A program made the position numbers and the translations under genes. The notes beneath the pieces were generated by a model that was given only the letters and a program-made list of their open reading frames with translations, had not been told where the DNA came from and searched no databases. From positions 1 through 33,656 of the IMG/VR virus record IMGVR_UViG_3300024331_000081: a stretch of DNA of 33,656 bases, one strand, 5' to 3'. Below are positions 24,178 through 33,656 of the stretch, one piece after another. The stretch comes from a virus. Taxonomy: Duplodnaviria > Caudoviricetes. The first letter of the stretch is position 1. Every line of letters starts with the position of its first letter.

Positions 24178-25633
24178 ATTCGCTTTCGCCCCCAGCGAAA
24201 ACTACGAAGACGAGGATGACCATATCAAGCTTGGCGAGGGAATGGTCCTGGATTTGGGCAGTGCCGTCGTCAATGCTAACAAGGCTGCAGCAAAATTCGT
24301 CAAAAATCGCAACTTTCAAGCAGCGAAAATCGCGCTTTGCAGAGCTTTGACGGTAGATCAGGAGAATTCTGAGCTCTGGACGAACCTATCCTCGGTCTTA
24401 TGGGGTCTCAGAGCATACGAAGACGCTTTTACTGCAGCTACGACTGCTTGTCAGCTATCTGGCGCCCGAATCATGGGACCCGTCCGCTTAAGAGCCTTTC
24501 TAGCGCTCGCAAACTCGCTGGTTTCGCTCGGAAAACGCGAAGATGCTCTCCAAGCTTTCGGATATATCATCCGGAGTGCAGAAGAATTGGGAGAAGATTC
24601 CGAAGGTATGGCCTCGATCCTCCGAGATGCCTACTGGAATCGGACCTTATTGCTGCTTAGTCTAGGCAGATACGACGAGGGTTGGGAAAAGTATCACCTC
24701 CGTATCGACAAGGACAAAGTCGATGAGGAACTGGATCTCAAGCGCTACGGGGATTATGCACCTTTATGGAACGGAGAACCTCTTCGTGACCAGACTATTC
24801 TCGTACATCATGACCAGGGTTATGGTGACACTATCCTGCATTCGCGCTTCCTACATAATCTGGTTGGCGAGGCGAAACAGGTATATTTTGCCACCGCTCC
24901 TGATCTTGTCCCACTTTTTTGGGATTTTACAGAAGAGGGGCCGGGTGTACAATTTGTCCACCAGAGAGTCCCCCTTCCTCGAGTTGATAAGCGTGTGTAT
25001 CTGGGTTCTATTCCCAGTATCCTTTATCGTGACCGTACTTGGGTTACTCCTCCTAAGCCATCTCCTTTGATCCTTAGTCGCGCAACCAAGGATTTAGGTA
25101 CGCCAAGGGCCATAGAACTCAGCGAACCCGGCGTGCATCCGCATCTAAAAGTAGGTGTAGTGTGGTCCGGAAGGCCCGATTTCGTGCGAAACGACGAGCG
25201 TCAGGTGCCCCTCAAGATGCTCGCAAGCCTGACTGAGAACCCTCATATCTGGCTGTACTCACTACAAGCCGGACCGAAGGCTAAGGAGCTGTACGACCTC
25301 GGAATCGAGTCGTTTGTCCGGGATCACTCAGACGAAATCGACCAAAAAGGCTGGGTAGGTACTGCTACTGCAATGTTACAGTGCGATTTGGTGCTGACTT
25401 GCTGCACATCCACTGCGCATTTGGCGGGCAGCCTCTTCGTACCTACCTGGGTTATGCTCGGTACCGACCCCTATTGGCCTTGGGGTGTACTGGGTGAGAC
25501 CACTCCTTGGTACCCCACAGTACGCCTGTTTAGACAAAGCCCCGACCGCCGCGGAGACTGGTCTCACGTTATCGAGACAGTCCGAGCAGAGCTGAATAAG
25601 TTTCTTAGCGAGAAGGCTTCCAGAAATGCCTGA
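24170..25633 (+). CDS. TPR-repeat glycosyltransferase (GT9/GT-B-like)
   Basis: N-terminal TPRs; LWNGEPL...[66 protein letters not shown]. Confidence 0.88.
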   Translation: MPEFAFAPSENYEDEDDHIKLGEGMVLDLGSAVVNANKAAAKFVKNRNFQAAKIALCRALTVDQENSELWTNLSSVLWGLRAYEDAFTAATTACQLSGARIMGPVRLRAFLALANSLVSLGKREDALQAFGYIIRSAEELGEDSEGMASILRDAYWNRTLLLLSLGRYDEGWEKYHLRIDKDKVDEELDLKRYGDYAPLWNGEPLRDQTILVHHDQGYGDTILHSRFLHNLVGEAKQVYFATAPDLVPLFWDFTEEGPGVQFVHQRVPLPRVDKRVYLGSIPSILYRDRTWVTPPKPSPLILSRATKDLGTPRAIELSEPGVHPHLKVGVVWSGRPDFVRNDERQVPLKMLASLTENPHIWLYSLQAGPKAKELYDLGIESFVRDHSDEIDQKGWVGTATAMLQCDLVLTCCTSTAHLAGSLFVPTWVMLGTDPYWPWGVLGETTPWYPTVRLFRQSPDRRGDWSHVIETVRAELNKFLSEKASRNA

Positions 25634-27095
25634 ACACATCCTTATGGAGGCGATGCAGCCTCTGGATACTGGCAAAGTCGTTCCTCCCAGCATGGTGCCT
25701 TCCGGCCATCAATATACCCTAGATTCCCAGAACCGTATTCGAGCTCGGTCAGAAGACACTCCAGCTCTGTCGGGACTGGGCTTCGCTGTCGTCGGTACAG
25801 CAGGTTTGGGGTCTGTCCATGAAGGGATCAGGGGGCCGAAAGGAGACAAAGGCGATAAGGGGGATCAGGGCCCGATCGGCCCTCCGGGCCGTGGCGATCC
25901 TGGACCCAAGGGAGATCCTGGACCCAAAGGAGATCGTGGGGAAAAGGGCGATCCCGGAGACCGAGGAGTCCAAGGACTCCGAGGCCTGAAGGGCGAGAAG
26001 GGTGATCTAGGCCCCCAAGGAGATCAAGGCCCTCACGGAGACAAAGGTGATCGGGGTGATAAGGGCGATCCTGGCGAGCGAGGCTTCCCGGGAGTTCCTG
26101 GAGCTCAAGCAAATCTTCTGATCAACCCACACTTCCTGTATTGCCAAGAGCAGGAATCGAAGGAGGTTCGTCTCTGGGCAGGCCGTCCTCAGTACGTTTG
26201 CGATGGCTGGGCGGTCTCCTACAAAGGAGGAGCGACGGTTGATGCCCAAAAGGGTGACGATGCTCTATCTGTTACCGTCCGCCAGGGAGCTGCCGTAGGT
26301 GCTGAAGACTATCTTATCATCTCTCAGCCGATCGAGGCAGACACCTACGTAGACGCCAATATGGCCTCCCCTCAGCCGGCGTGGTTCTCTCTGAGGCTCA
26401 AGGCCTGGTGTACTCTGCCCAAATACGTCTTTTCCTGCGCTCTTGTGAACGCGGACCATTCCAGGTCGTTCCCTTTCAATATGGCATTCGAATCAGGAGG
26501 AGAGTGGCAAGAGTGCCTAGCTACCTTCCAAGGCGATAATGAGGGTGACTGGGCCGAAGGTATGGAGCTGGTCATCTGCATCGCAGCAGGTCAGTCTCTG
26601 CAAGGGCCAGGAGCTACGTGGCAGGAAGGTCCCCATATTGGGACGAACCTGAACAACAACGTCCTGCTCACGAACGGGGGCCGTTTCGCGATCAAGGACG
26701 TCAAGCTAGAGATCTCTCCGCAACCGACTCCTTTCGTGCGCGATCCTCTGGACTTCAAGCGCTGTCAACGCTATTACGAGAAGTCCTATGAATTCGGAAT
26801 CCCTCCCGGAACCGTGACGACTGCGGGGTCGGAGATCGTTATCCCGACTAGCAATGTTGGGATGCACTCTATCAGATTCAAAGAAGAGTCTCCCCAGACT
26901 CCCCAGGTGTGGCTGCGTAGTCCAAGCTCAGGCGAGCGAAGCCTGGTATTCGACTCTACAGACCATACGGATGAGAAAGGAGCTGCTGCCAACGTCTCCA
27001 AAGTCGGGTTCCACATCCAGTTCGACGGAGTATCCGGACACATATACTTCGTACACTGGGTTAAGGATGCTCGTCCCTTCCTGACGACTTTCTAA
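25626..27095 (+). CDS. collagen-like fibre protein with C-terminal carbohydrate-binding-like domain
   Basis: 31 Gly-X-Y triplets with one break; NLLINPHF...VKLE...TPF...CQRYYEKSY phage fibre domain. Confidence 0.8.
   Translation: MPEHILMEAMQPLDTGKVVPPSMVPSGHQYTLDSQNRIRARSEDTPALSGLGFAVVGTAGLGSVHEGIRGPKGDKGDKGDQGPIGPPGRGDPGPKGDPGPKGDRGEKGDPGDRGVQGLRGLKGEKGDLGPQGDQGPHGDKGDRGDKGDPGERGFPGVPGAQANLLINPHFLYCQEQESKEVRLWAGRPQYVCDGWAVSYKGGATVDAQKGDDALSVTVRQGAAVGAEDYLIISQPIEADTYVDANMASPQPAWFSLRLKAWCTLPKYVFSCALVNADHSRSFPFNMAFESGGEWQECLATFQGDNEGDWAEGMELVICIAAGQSLQGPGATWQEGPHIGTNLNNNVLLTNGGRFAIKDVKLEISPQPTPFVRDPLDFKRCQRYYEKSYEFGIPPGTVTTAGSEIVIPTSNVGMHSIRFKEESPQTPQVWLRSPSSGERSLVFDSTDHTDEKGAAANVSKVGFHIQFDGVSGHIYFVHWVKDARPFLTTF
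25824..26108 (+). repeat. collagen Gly-X-Y coding repeat
   Basis: 7 + 24 G-X-Y triplets separated by one G-R interruption. Confidence 0.9.
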
Positions 27096-27120
27096 CAACA
27101 CCCGCCCCCCGGGTTCGCAC

Positions 27121-30100
27121 ATGCCTTCAACTATGATCTTGATGGAGGCCCTCCGGGAGCCCAGCTTCGGGAGGGTAGTTCCCAAGGCTCTCATGCCTTC
27201 TGGGAACCAGTACACCCTTGACTCTCAAGGGCGTATCCTTGTCGAGTTCCAAGATATAGAGACTCTGGGTGAATTAGGCTTTCAGGTTGTAGGCTACTCG
27301 GGTGTCGGATCGACTCCCGGCGCTCGAGGCATGGAAGGGTTGGTAGACGTCGAAGTCACCAATATCCAGAGCGGCGACGTCCTGGTATTCGACGCTACTG
27401 ACGGACATTGGAAAAATTCCCCCATAACTCCGTCTTCGTTCCAGGTCGGCCCGGGGCTACACATCGACACGGGAACGAACCCGGCGACACTAGATGTCGC
27501 AATGCCTCTTCCTGGCACCTACCTACCCCAGCCCCAGCTAGCAATCCTGGGAGGCGTTCTAGCTGCGACTGCTCCTGCAGACCAGTTTATGATCGGCATC
27601 AATCTTACTGGTGCCCCTCAGTTTGCTCAGCCCTCATTCAGCAACCTCTCGGGCGTAATCTCTCCTCTCCAGATTTCTCTTACTGACGGGCATATCTTCG
27701 TAGGTAATTCGAGCAACAACCCTGCAGATGTTGCACTCTCTGGCGACGTTACGATTACTGACACAGGTGCTGCGACTGTCATCACGGCCACCAACGCCGT
27801 CTTGGGCAAGTCTCGTCCCGATAATTCAACGATCACGATCACAGGAGGTGTCCTCTCTGCAGTCTCAGGTACTGCGGGCATCAACCAACTAACCGGCGAT
27901 GTGACAGCCGGCCCTGGTGTAGGTTCTCAAGTAGCTACCCTAGCGACCGTCAACAGTAACGTAGGCACATTCCAAGGTATTACTGTCAACGCGAAGGGTC
28001 TAGTAACTGCTGCGGTCGATCAGCACTACCCGACGGGGCCGGCGACGTGGGCTGTGGGTTCGGTTGCGTTCGCAACTTCGACGACTGGGCTTGGCCAAGA
28101 CAACGCCAACCTATTCTTCGATGACTCCAACAACTTCTTGGGTATCGGAACTGGTTCGCCGAGTCAGAGATTGCACGTTGCCGGCAACATCTACCTACAA
28201 GCTGGCGACATCCATCTCGACAACACTCGGATCATCTACGCCAAGAACACGTCGGGAGTCCTGAAGCAGGTCCTGTTTGGTCGTTGGAGCGATAACGCGA
28301 CCTATTTGGATGGTGGTACTGGCGGAACTTTTCTACGAACTAACGATGGTGTAGTCAATAATATCTACCTAGCTACCACTGGCAAAGTTGGTATTAGTGG
28401 TACAAACACTGACTCCAACCTTCACGTAACCAGTGCGGACGCCTCATCGACCGGATATGCTCGGTTCACAACCTCTGACTATGTAAGTGGGTCGGTTGGG
28501 TCGGGCCTGTTCTTTCATTCCGGGGCGAACAGCGGCAACACCTACTCAGGTATCGGCGCACTTAGTGCGGGCTTCTCAGCGTGGAACAACCTGATCCTGC
28601 AATACGGAGGTGGTCGGGTCGGGATCGGCACAACTAGTCCCCAGACCGGGCTTGACGTAGCTGGCAACCACATCTCCGGCGTCGGTAACATCTCCGGCAG
28701 CGCCAACAACTCAGCCTATACTATTTGGGGCGGCGGACCTTCTGGTACGGACGGCGGCTACATCCAACTTTGGGGCAGCACTTCTGCCGGAGCAGGCCAG
28801 AACATACTTGGCGGCACCACGATCTTCTTTTCGATCAATGGCATTGGTGATCGGGGTCGGGTCAATTCGACCTACATGATTGCTGGAGTGCCTGGCAGCG
28901 GCAGTGAAATCTCGTTCAGCAACTCGACTGATCCTTCGACTGGCGCGTGGATACGTAGCGACGGCTCGAACACGGTCATCAGCACCAACGTTGGCGATAT
29001 ATACCTCGGCTATGGGGGCAGCGCAAAGAATATTAGGTTCCACAGCCAGACCAATCAGCTTGGTATTTGGGATAGCAACGGCTACCTGACAGTCGGCTCG
29101 CTGGGCCTCATATCGCGGATCTTGGCGACCGGCGCAGGTGGTCAGACAAGCCTTTCGTTCAGCACTGCCGGCTCACTCACTGACGTTATTGAGCTTGACT
29201 CACAGGGTATCTCGTCGGGCAACGGTGGGGCAATCTTATTCAGTGCCGCGAGCACAGGTTGGAAGTTCGCTGCAATTAAGGGCTACGTCCGTGACGGTGG
29301 TGGCAACAGTCGGGGCGACATCTCGTTTTTAGTTAGACCAGTTAATACCGACTCGACTTTGACCGAGGTCATGCGTGTTGACATGATCGGCCAGATTTGG
29401 GGGTTCAATAGCTACATTGCGGTCGCCAACGGCCCAGGCGGCAACCATGGCATGTACAGGATGGTTCCGAACGGTTCGGGGACCCTGTATGGATCGTTCT
29501 GGTACAATGACGGCAGCACTACGTACTTGCTACTGACTGCCAACAACGACGCATTCGGTGTCTACAATAGTCTGCGACCGTTTGCTGTGAATGATGCTAC
29601 CGGCTACGTCACGATGGGCCACGGTCTTCAGGTCAACAGTGGTATCGACACCTATTACTCCACAACCAATGTTGGACTAAACGTCTTTAACGGCGCGGGC
29701 GGTGGCTCTGTCCTTCGTATCTACGACGATGGCAATTCCCACATTGAGTCCACTACTGGTCTACACATTAGCTATGCAACGGGCGTGCCAGTCAGTATTT
29801 ATGGTCATACGAATATCTACAAGGCTGGTGCGAACGACCCACTTCAAGTTGAAGTTGACAATGGTCATTATGCTCGTTGTTTGTTCTTGGTCGATAGCAC
29901 TCGGCAGTGGAGCGCGGGCGTCAATCCGTCAGGCGAGTATGTTGTTGCTGACGAAACCGGAGGTCAATTCTACCTAAAAGTTGACACTAGCGGTATCGTT
30001 CACGCAGTTAATGGCTCATTTGACACTCACGGCGCCAACGCAGGCTACTTCCTAGATGACCGTACAGGTACTTCGCCGACCACTTGGGCCTGGTATGCAA

Positions 30101-30702
30101 CCAGCGGTCTTGTTCGTTTGTGGAACAACGTTAATAACGACCGCATCACCGTTGATACTAGTGGGATTGTTACCTTCACTAACTATCTTGCTGTACCGAA
30201 CTTGGTCAGCTACACGTGCAAAGACACCGGAGGAACTGCGCGTGGTGCGGTCACAATGGCCGCCAGCAACGAACTCTTGATTAGCGACAACCTGCGCAAC
30301 ATCAAGATGCAGGGTCCAATTATGCCGATCACGGACAACACTTGGTTCTGCGGCACAGCCGGCCTAGCTTGGAGCAATGTTAATTCATATGGTTACACCA
30401 CTTCGTCGGACCGAAAGTACAAGAAAGAAATCGGGAATTTGCCAAACTGTCTTGACCTGGTGAACAAACTTCGACCACAGAAGTACAAGCTCAACGACGA
30501 GACCGACGAGGTCGCGGAGCATTATGGCTTTGTTGCGCAAGACCTCGAAGCGGCGATGGGTGAGTCAGGACACAAGTTCGGCGCGTTCGTGCCTAACGAA
30601 GACGGTCACGGCATCGCGTACAACGAGTTGGTGGCGGTGTTGTGGAAGGCGTGCCAAGAGATGTCGAGTCGCATCGAAACCTTAGAAGCAAAGGTCCATT
30701 AG
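27121..30702 (+). CDS. long tail fibre with C-terminal S74 intramolecular chaperone
   Basis: G/S/T/N-rich, GIGT..P...L.V.G repeats, YG..WYNDG..YLL.T..LRPF segment, SDRKYKKEI...HYGFVAQDL...coiled end. Confidence 0.9.
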   Translation: MPSTMILMEALREPSFGRVVPKALMPSGNQYTLDSQGRILVEFQDIETLGELGFQVVGYSGVGSTPGARGMEGLVDVEVTNIQSGDVLVFDATDGHWKNSPITPSSFQVGPGLHIDTGTNPATLDVAMPLPGTYLPQPQLAILGGVLAATAPADQFMIGINLTGAPQFAQPSFSNLSGVISPLQISLTDGHIFVGNSSNNPADVALSGDVTITDTGAATVITATNAVLGKSRPDNSTITITGGVLSAVSGTAGINQLTGDVTAGPGVGSQVATLATVNSNVGTFQGITVNAKGLVTAAVDQHYPTGPATWAVGSVAFATSTTGLGQDNANLFFDDSNNFLGIGTGSPSQRLHVAGNIYLQAGDIHLDNTRIIYAKNTSGVLKQVLFGRWSDNATYLDGGTGGTFLRTNDGVVNNIYLATTGKVGISGTNTDSNLHVTSADASSTGYARFTTSDYVSGSVGSGLFFHSGANSGNTYSGIGALSAGFSAWNNLILQYGGGRVGIGTTSPQTGLDVAGNHISGVGNISGSANNSAYTIWGGGPSGTDGGYIQLWGSTSAGAGQNILGGTTIFFSINGIGDRGRVNSTYMIAGVPGSGSEISFSNSTDPSTGAWIRSDGSNTVISTNVGDIYLGYGGSAKNIRFHSQTNQLGIWDSNGYLTVGSLGLISRILATGAGGQTSLSFSTAGSLTDVIELDSQGISSGNGGAILFSAASTGWKFAAIKGYVRDGGGNSRGDISFLVRPVNTDSTLTEVMRVDMIGQIWGFNSYIAVANGPGGNHGMYRMVPNGSGTLYGSFWYNDGSTTYLLLTANNDAFGVYNSLRPFAVNDATGYVTMGHGLQVNSGIDTYYSTTNVGLNVFNGAGGGSVLRIYDDGNSHIESTTGLHISYATGVPVSIYGHTNIYKAGANDPLQVEVDNGHYARCLFLVDSTRQWSAGVNPSGEYVVADETGGQFYLKVDTSGIVHAVNGSFDTHGANAGYFLDDRTGTSPTTWAWYATSGLVRLWNNVNNDRITVDTSGIVTFTNYLAVPNLVSYTCKDTGGTARGAVTMAASNELLISDNLRNIKMQGPIMPITDNTWFCGTAGLAWSNVNSYGYTTSSDRKYKKEIGNLPNCLDLVNKLRPQKYKLNDETDEVAEHYGFVAQDLEAAMGESGHKFGAFVPNEDGHGIAYNELVAVLWKACQEMSSRIETLEAKVH

Positions 30703-30703
30703 C

Positions 30704-31156
30704 ATGGCGGCAAGTGAAGCAGACTGCGTTGCGCAGTTTCCAAGACAACAGAATTGTATTGATCGACTGTACTCACGACTCCTTAATTGGGCGTCGTTTG
30801 TATCAGCGGCTACGCCTCCAGCGGATCACACGGTTGCACCGGACAAGGCTTGGGTCCAGCAGCGGGTGTTGGCGGAGCGGACGCCGATCACAGCGGACCA
30901 AATCTCACGCCAGCTTGGGCCGTGGTTCGTTGAGGATCCAAATATACGCACCAAAGTACGGTCCCACTTGAATGCGTGGAACGATGCGGCTACAGAGACG
31001 ACATTGGAGGGCGACATCGACACAGTGGTCCCGTATGTTATGCCGAAGTTTGCCGCCACTGTCGTTAGTGACCAAGAGGTCGCGACGTGGTGCGACAAGA
31101 ACGGCTATCCACGCCCAAGCGGTCTCGTAGGCGTATTTAGCAACTCGCCCCTCTAA
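30704..31156 (+). CDS. hypothetical protein (fibre-associated)
   Basis: 150 aa directly after the fibre gene. Confidence 0.7.
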   Translation: MAASEADCVAQFPRQQNCIDRLYSRLLNWASFVSAATPPADHTVAPDKAWVQQRVLAERTPITADQISRQLGPWFVEDPNIRTKVRSHLNAWNDAATETTLEGDIDTVVPYVMPKFAATVVSDQEVATWCDKNGYPRPSGLVGVFSNSPL

Positions 31157-31168
31157 CAGGAGAAACAA

Positions 31169-31456
31169 ATGCCCAACGACACGCCCCCACAGGTCGTTCA
31201 ACAAGCACCTCAGCAGGTCCAGATCTCAGGAGATACTGACGTACCTATCGTCTTCCAGGCTCAAATGTGGCAACAGATTGTGCAAGTACTGGCCAAGGGG
31301 CCCTACGAAGTTGTAGCTGGACCGATCCAGAGCATCAATTCTCAGATAATAGAGTTCGCGCAGAGACAACAGCAACAGCAACAGCAACAACAGTCTCCTC
31401 CCCTGCCCCAGAAGCCTCTTGCCAACGGACACGATCCTGATGGCGTACAACAGTGA
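31169..31456 (+). CDS. small protein with polyQ tract
   Basis: AGGAG RBS; LAKGPYEVVA..I..I motif; nine-Gln run coded by mixed CAA/CAG. Confidence 0.7.
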   Translation: MPNDTPPQVVQQAPQQVQISGDTDVPIVFQAQMWQQIVQVLAKGPYEVVAGPIQSINSQIIEFAQRQQQQQQQQQSPPLPQKPLANGHDPDGVQQ

Positions 31457-32069
31457 CATCTTCGATGTTCGATCGCCTTCAGAGGCGAAGAACATCATCC
31501 TGACTCCTCAGGACGGTCTTACTCCTGAACAGCGTTGGAGGACTGAGACTCCCTACCTTGTAGAACTGATCCACAACCACACCAACAAGGGGTCGTTCGT
31601 GCTCGACTACGGGTGTGGGATTGGCCGTCTCTCTAAAGAGATGGTCAACGTAGGCAGGTATGTTACCGGGGTCGACATTTCCTGGTCCATGCGGGCCCTC
31701 GCGAACGACAATGTCAGGTCAGAGAGGTTCATGGACTGCTCTCCGGAGTGGTTCTACCAGCTGATGCTCGTCGGCAAAATGGGGTACGATCTTGGTCTAG
31801 CCGTGTGGACTTTGCAACACTGTGAAAACCCGGAAAAAGACATCTACCTTATCCAGCAAGCCCTCACGCCCCGAGCAGGGCAACTGTTCGTCGTTAACAA
31901 TAGGCGGCGTGTCGTTCCAACCGATAAAGGTTGGGTCGACGACGGTCTAGACATTGATAGCATGTTACGTGAGGCCTGTAAAGAATGCCTTTTCAAAGAT
32001 GTACTAGACCCGAATATTGTAGGACCAGTAGTATCGGGCAATACGTTCTGGGCCGTATACCAATTTTAG
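31440..32069 (+). CDS. class I SAM-dependent methyltransferase
   Basis: VLDYGCGIGRL motif I, GVDIS.SM; start trimmed to ATG 31440. Confidence 0.85.
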   Translation: MAYNSDIFDVRSPSEAKNIILTPQDGLTPEQRWRTETPYLVELIHNHTNKGSFVLDYGCGIGRLSKEMVNVGRYVTGVDISWSMRALANDNVRSERFMDCSPEWFYQLMLVGKMGYDLGLAVWTLQHCENPEKDIYLIQQALTPRAGQLFVVNNRRRVVPTDKGWVDDGLDIDSMLREACKECLFKDVLDPNIVGPVVSGNTFWAVYQF

Positions 32070-32073
32070 GGCC

Positions 32074-32140
32074 AAAAAGAATCTTATGGGCGACCTAAAG
32101 ATTTCTCTTGACCCCCTATAGGCGACTGTTTAATTATCAT
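32074..32140 (+). promoter_or_regulatory. probable promoter upstream of portal
   Basis: same AAAAAGAATCTTATGG box and identical spacing to TTGACC as at 16860; -10 degenerate. Confidence 0.6.
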
Positions 32141-32179
32141 ATATTAAGGTGGGTAGTTTGGAAGGGCCATAAGTAACTA

Positions 32180-33656
32180 ATGCCACCGGCACCAGCAGGA
32201 GCTAGGATGACGTCAGTCGTTGGGTTCGCCCAACGGATGACTCAGGCTGCTCGCTACGTTATATCGGGAGTAAGGCCGGACACCTGGTTCGGCCCGATGC
32301 AACCGCTAGCCCCGATGGCTCCTCAGCAGGATGGCGTGAAAGGCCGTCGCTGGGACTACCCAACCGGTATCAACCTAAACTACGTTCCCAGGTCAGATGC
32401 TGCGATAGGGTTCGGAACTCTCCGAGCTCTGGCTGACTCGTGCGACCTCCTCCGGATTGCTATCGAGTCCCGCAAAGACCAGATGGCATCCCTGGAGTGG
32501 ATTATCAGGCCTAAGAAGCCTGGGAAGGGTATGAACTCCGATGTCTGGTACAAAGCCGGAGCAGATGCCCATCCCCAGATCCCTGCTGAGCAGCAAGGGC
32601 GTATCGATAAGATCACCAAGTTCTTCCAGTATCCGGACCGAGAGAATCCCTGGGATCAGTGGCTCAGGGAATGGATGGAAGACGTCTTCGTCATCGACGC
32701 TCCTGCGATGCAAAGAGTCCGCACCCGAGGTGGTGAACTATACGGACTGGAGCTTATCGACGGAGCAACAATTAAGCCCCTCCTCGCAGCTGACGGACGC
32801 CGACCGAAACCGCCTGATCCGGCTTATCAACAAATTCTCCACGGAATCCCTGCTGCAGATTACACTACAGAAGAGCTCATCTACTGTCCTTGGAATACAA
32901 GAACTAATCGACTGTATGGGTACTCGAAGGTCGAGCAGATCCTCATTACGGTTAACACATCTATCCGTCGATCACTCTTCCAGCTGAACTATTACACCGA
33001 GGGTACTCAGCCTGATGCTTTCATGGGTCTGCCCAAAGAGTGGACCATGGAGCAGATCAAGGACTTCCAGGACTATATGGACTCTCTGTTGCAGGGTAAC
33101 CTCGCAACGCGCCGGCACCTCAGATTCGTTCCCTCCCCGTTTGACTACCAAGAAACCAAGACTGCTCCCCTGAAGGATACTTTCGACGAGTACCTTGCCA
33201 GGATCATTTGTTTTACCTTCGCGATCGCAGCGGACCCGTTCATCGAACACGTCTCTCGCGGAGCTGTTGAGAAGTCGCATACCAGGGCCCTCGAGGAGGG
33301 CCTCGAGCCGAACCAGTCCTACGTCAAGACGATCATGGACAGGTTCATCGAAGACGACTTCAAGAGTCCGGACTTAGAGTTCAAGTTCGTCGAGAACCGA
33401 GAGCAAGATCCTAAAGCTCAGATGGAGATCGACGTCGGGTATGCGAAAGCCGGTCTCTATGCGATTGACGAGATACGCATCGCCAGAGGTAAGGTACCGC
33501 TTGGGGGTCCTGCCTCAATACCAATGCTTGCAACCGCTACAGGGTACGTCCCCCTCTCGGCTCTTACGATGCCTGGAGCGGCTGAGAATCTTGCAGCAGC
33601 AGGAGGACCTGCAGCGCAAATCGTTACCGGCAGCGCAGGCAACTCAAATACCAAAC
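32180..33656 (+). CDS. phage portal protein (partial, runs off window end)
   Basis: frame open from ATG 32180: WFGPMQPLAP..GRRWDYPTG.N...PR, LRALADSCDLLRIAIESRKDQ, IDGATIKP, AYQQILHG.P, YGYSKVEQ; missing from the ORF track because no stop lies in the window. Confidence 0.92.
   Translation, partial: MPPAPAGARMTSVVGFAQRMTQAARYVISGVRPDTWFGPMQPLAPMAPQQDGVKGRRWDYPTGINLNYVPRSDAAIGFGTLRALADSCDLLRIAIESRKDQMASLEWIIRPKKPGKGMNSDVWYKAGADAHPQIPAEQQGRIDKITKFFQYPDRENPWDQWLREWMEDVFVIDAPAMQRVRTRGGELYGLELIDGATIKPLLAADGRRPKPPDPAYQQILHGIPAADYTTEELIYCPWNTRTNRLYGYSKVEQILITVNTSIRRSLFQLNYYTEGTQPDAFMGLPKEWTMEQIKDFQDYMDSLLQGNLATRRHLRFVPSPFDYQETKTAPLKDTFDEYLARIICFTFAIAADPFIEHVSRGAVEKSHTRALEEGLEPNQSYVKTIMDRFIEDDFKSPDLEFKFVENREQDPKAQMEIDVGYAKAGLYAIDEIRIARGKVPLGGPASIPMLATATGYVPLSALTMPGAAENLAAAGGPAAQIVTGSAGNSNTK

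Noticed and set aside
28040-31156. Possible composition shift (recent acquisition) in the distal fibre
   Set aside because: The impression of more GGC/CGGC words could be due to Gly-rich protein; it cannot be supported without codon statistics.
31419-31442. MPTDTILM resembling the fibre N-termini (MPEHILM / MPSTMILM)
   Set aside because: It depends on a TTG start inside the upstream gene and the similarity stops after ILM; ATG 31440 is the likelier start.
32380-33654. Short ORF-track calls near the window end
   Set aside because: They are shadows of the portal frame starting at 32180.
1-33656. tRNA, rRNA, integrase or transposase genes
   Set aside because: No cloverleaf with a T-loop consensus and no recognisable recombinase motifs were seen by eye; tRNAscan-SE would be needed to exclude tRNAs formally.

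Overview
This is a 33.7-kb piece of a tailed dsDNA phage genome. An Alphaproteobacterial host is likely (inferred from a LabA/NYN protein and an RcGTA-like head-spike base protein). Two arms diverge at about 16.7-16.9 kb. The left arm (minus strand, 1-16.7 kb) is a dense run of about 45 small early/accessory genes: NYN/LabA nuclease, SWIM-finger protein, a double-C2H2-zinc-finger HNH nuclease, Gpt-like phosphoribosyltransferase, XRE HTH, C4 zinc finger, DUF669-like protein and four related small HTH-like proteins. It is driven by a family of related sigma70-type promoters. The right arm (plus strand) carries a TerS-like protein, GH24+PGBD endolysin, membrane/holin genes, head-spike base and adaptor, and TerL. 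An unusual ~8.5-kb block (TPR-glycosyltransferase, collagen fibre, S74 tail fibre, SAM methyltransferase) then precedes the portal gene, which runs off the window end. The most striking part is 13.2-16.8 kb. It holds three homologous HTH-like genes written at about 34%, 47% and 63% GC with distinct k-mer habits, in separate cassettes split by hairpin- and palindrome-rich spacers. It is bounded by a ~305-bp imperfect AT-rich inverted repeat. I infer a first-entering, possibly anti-restriction or two-step-injection module. All family assignments are by-eye motif recognition and all counts are hand counts; no searches were run.
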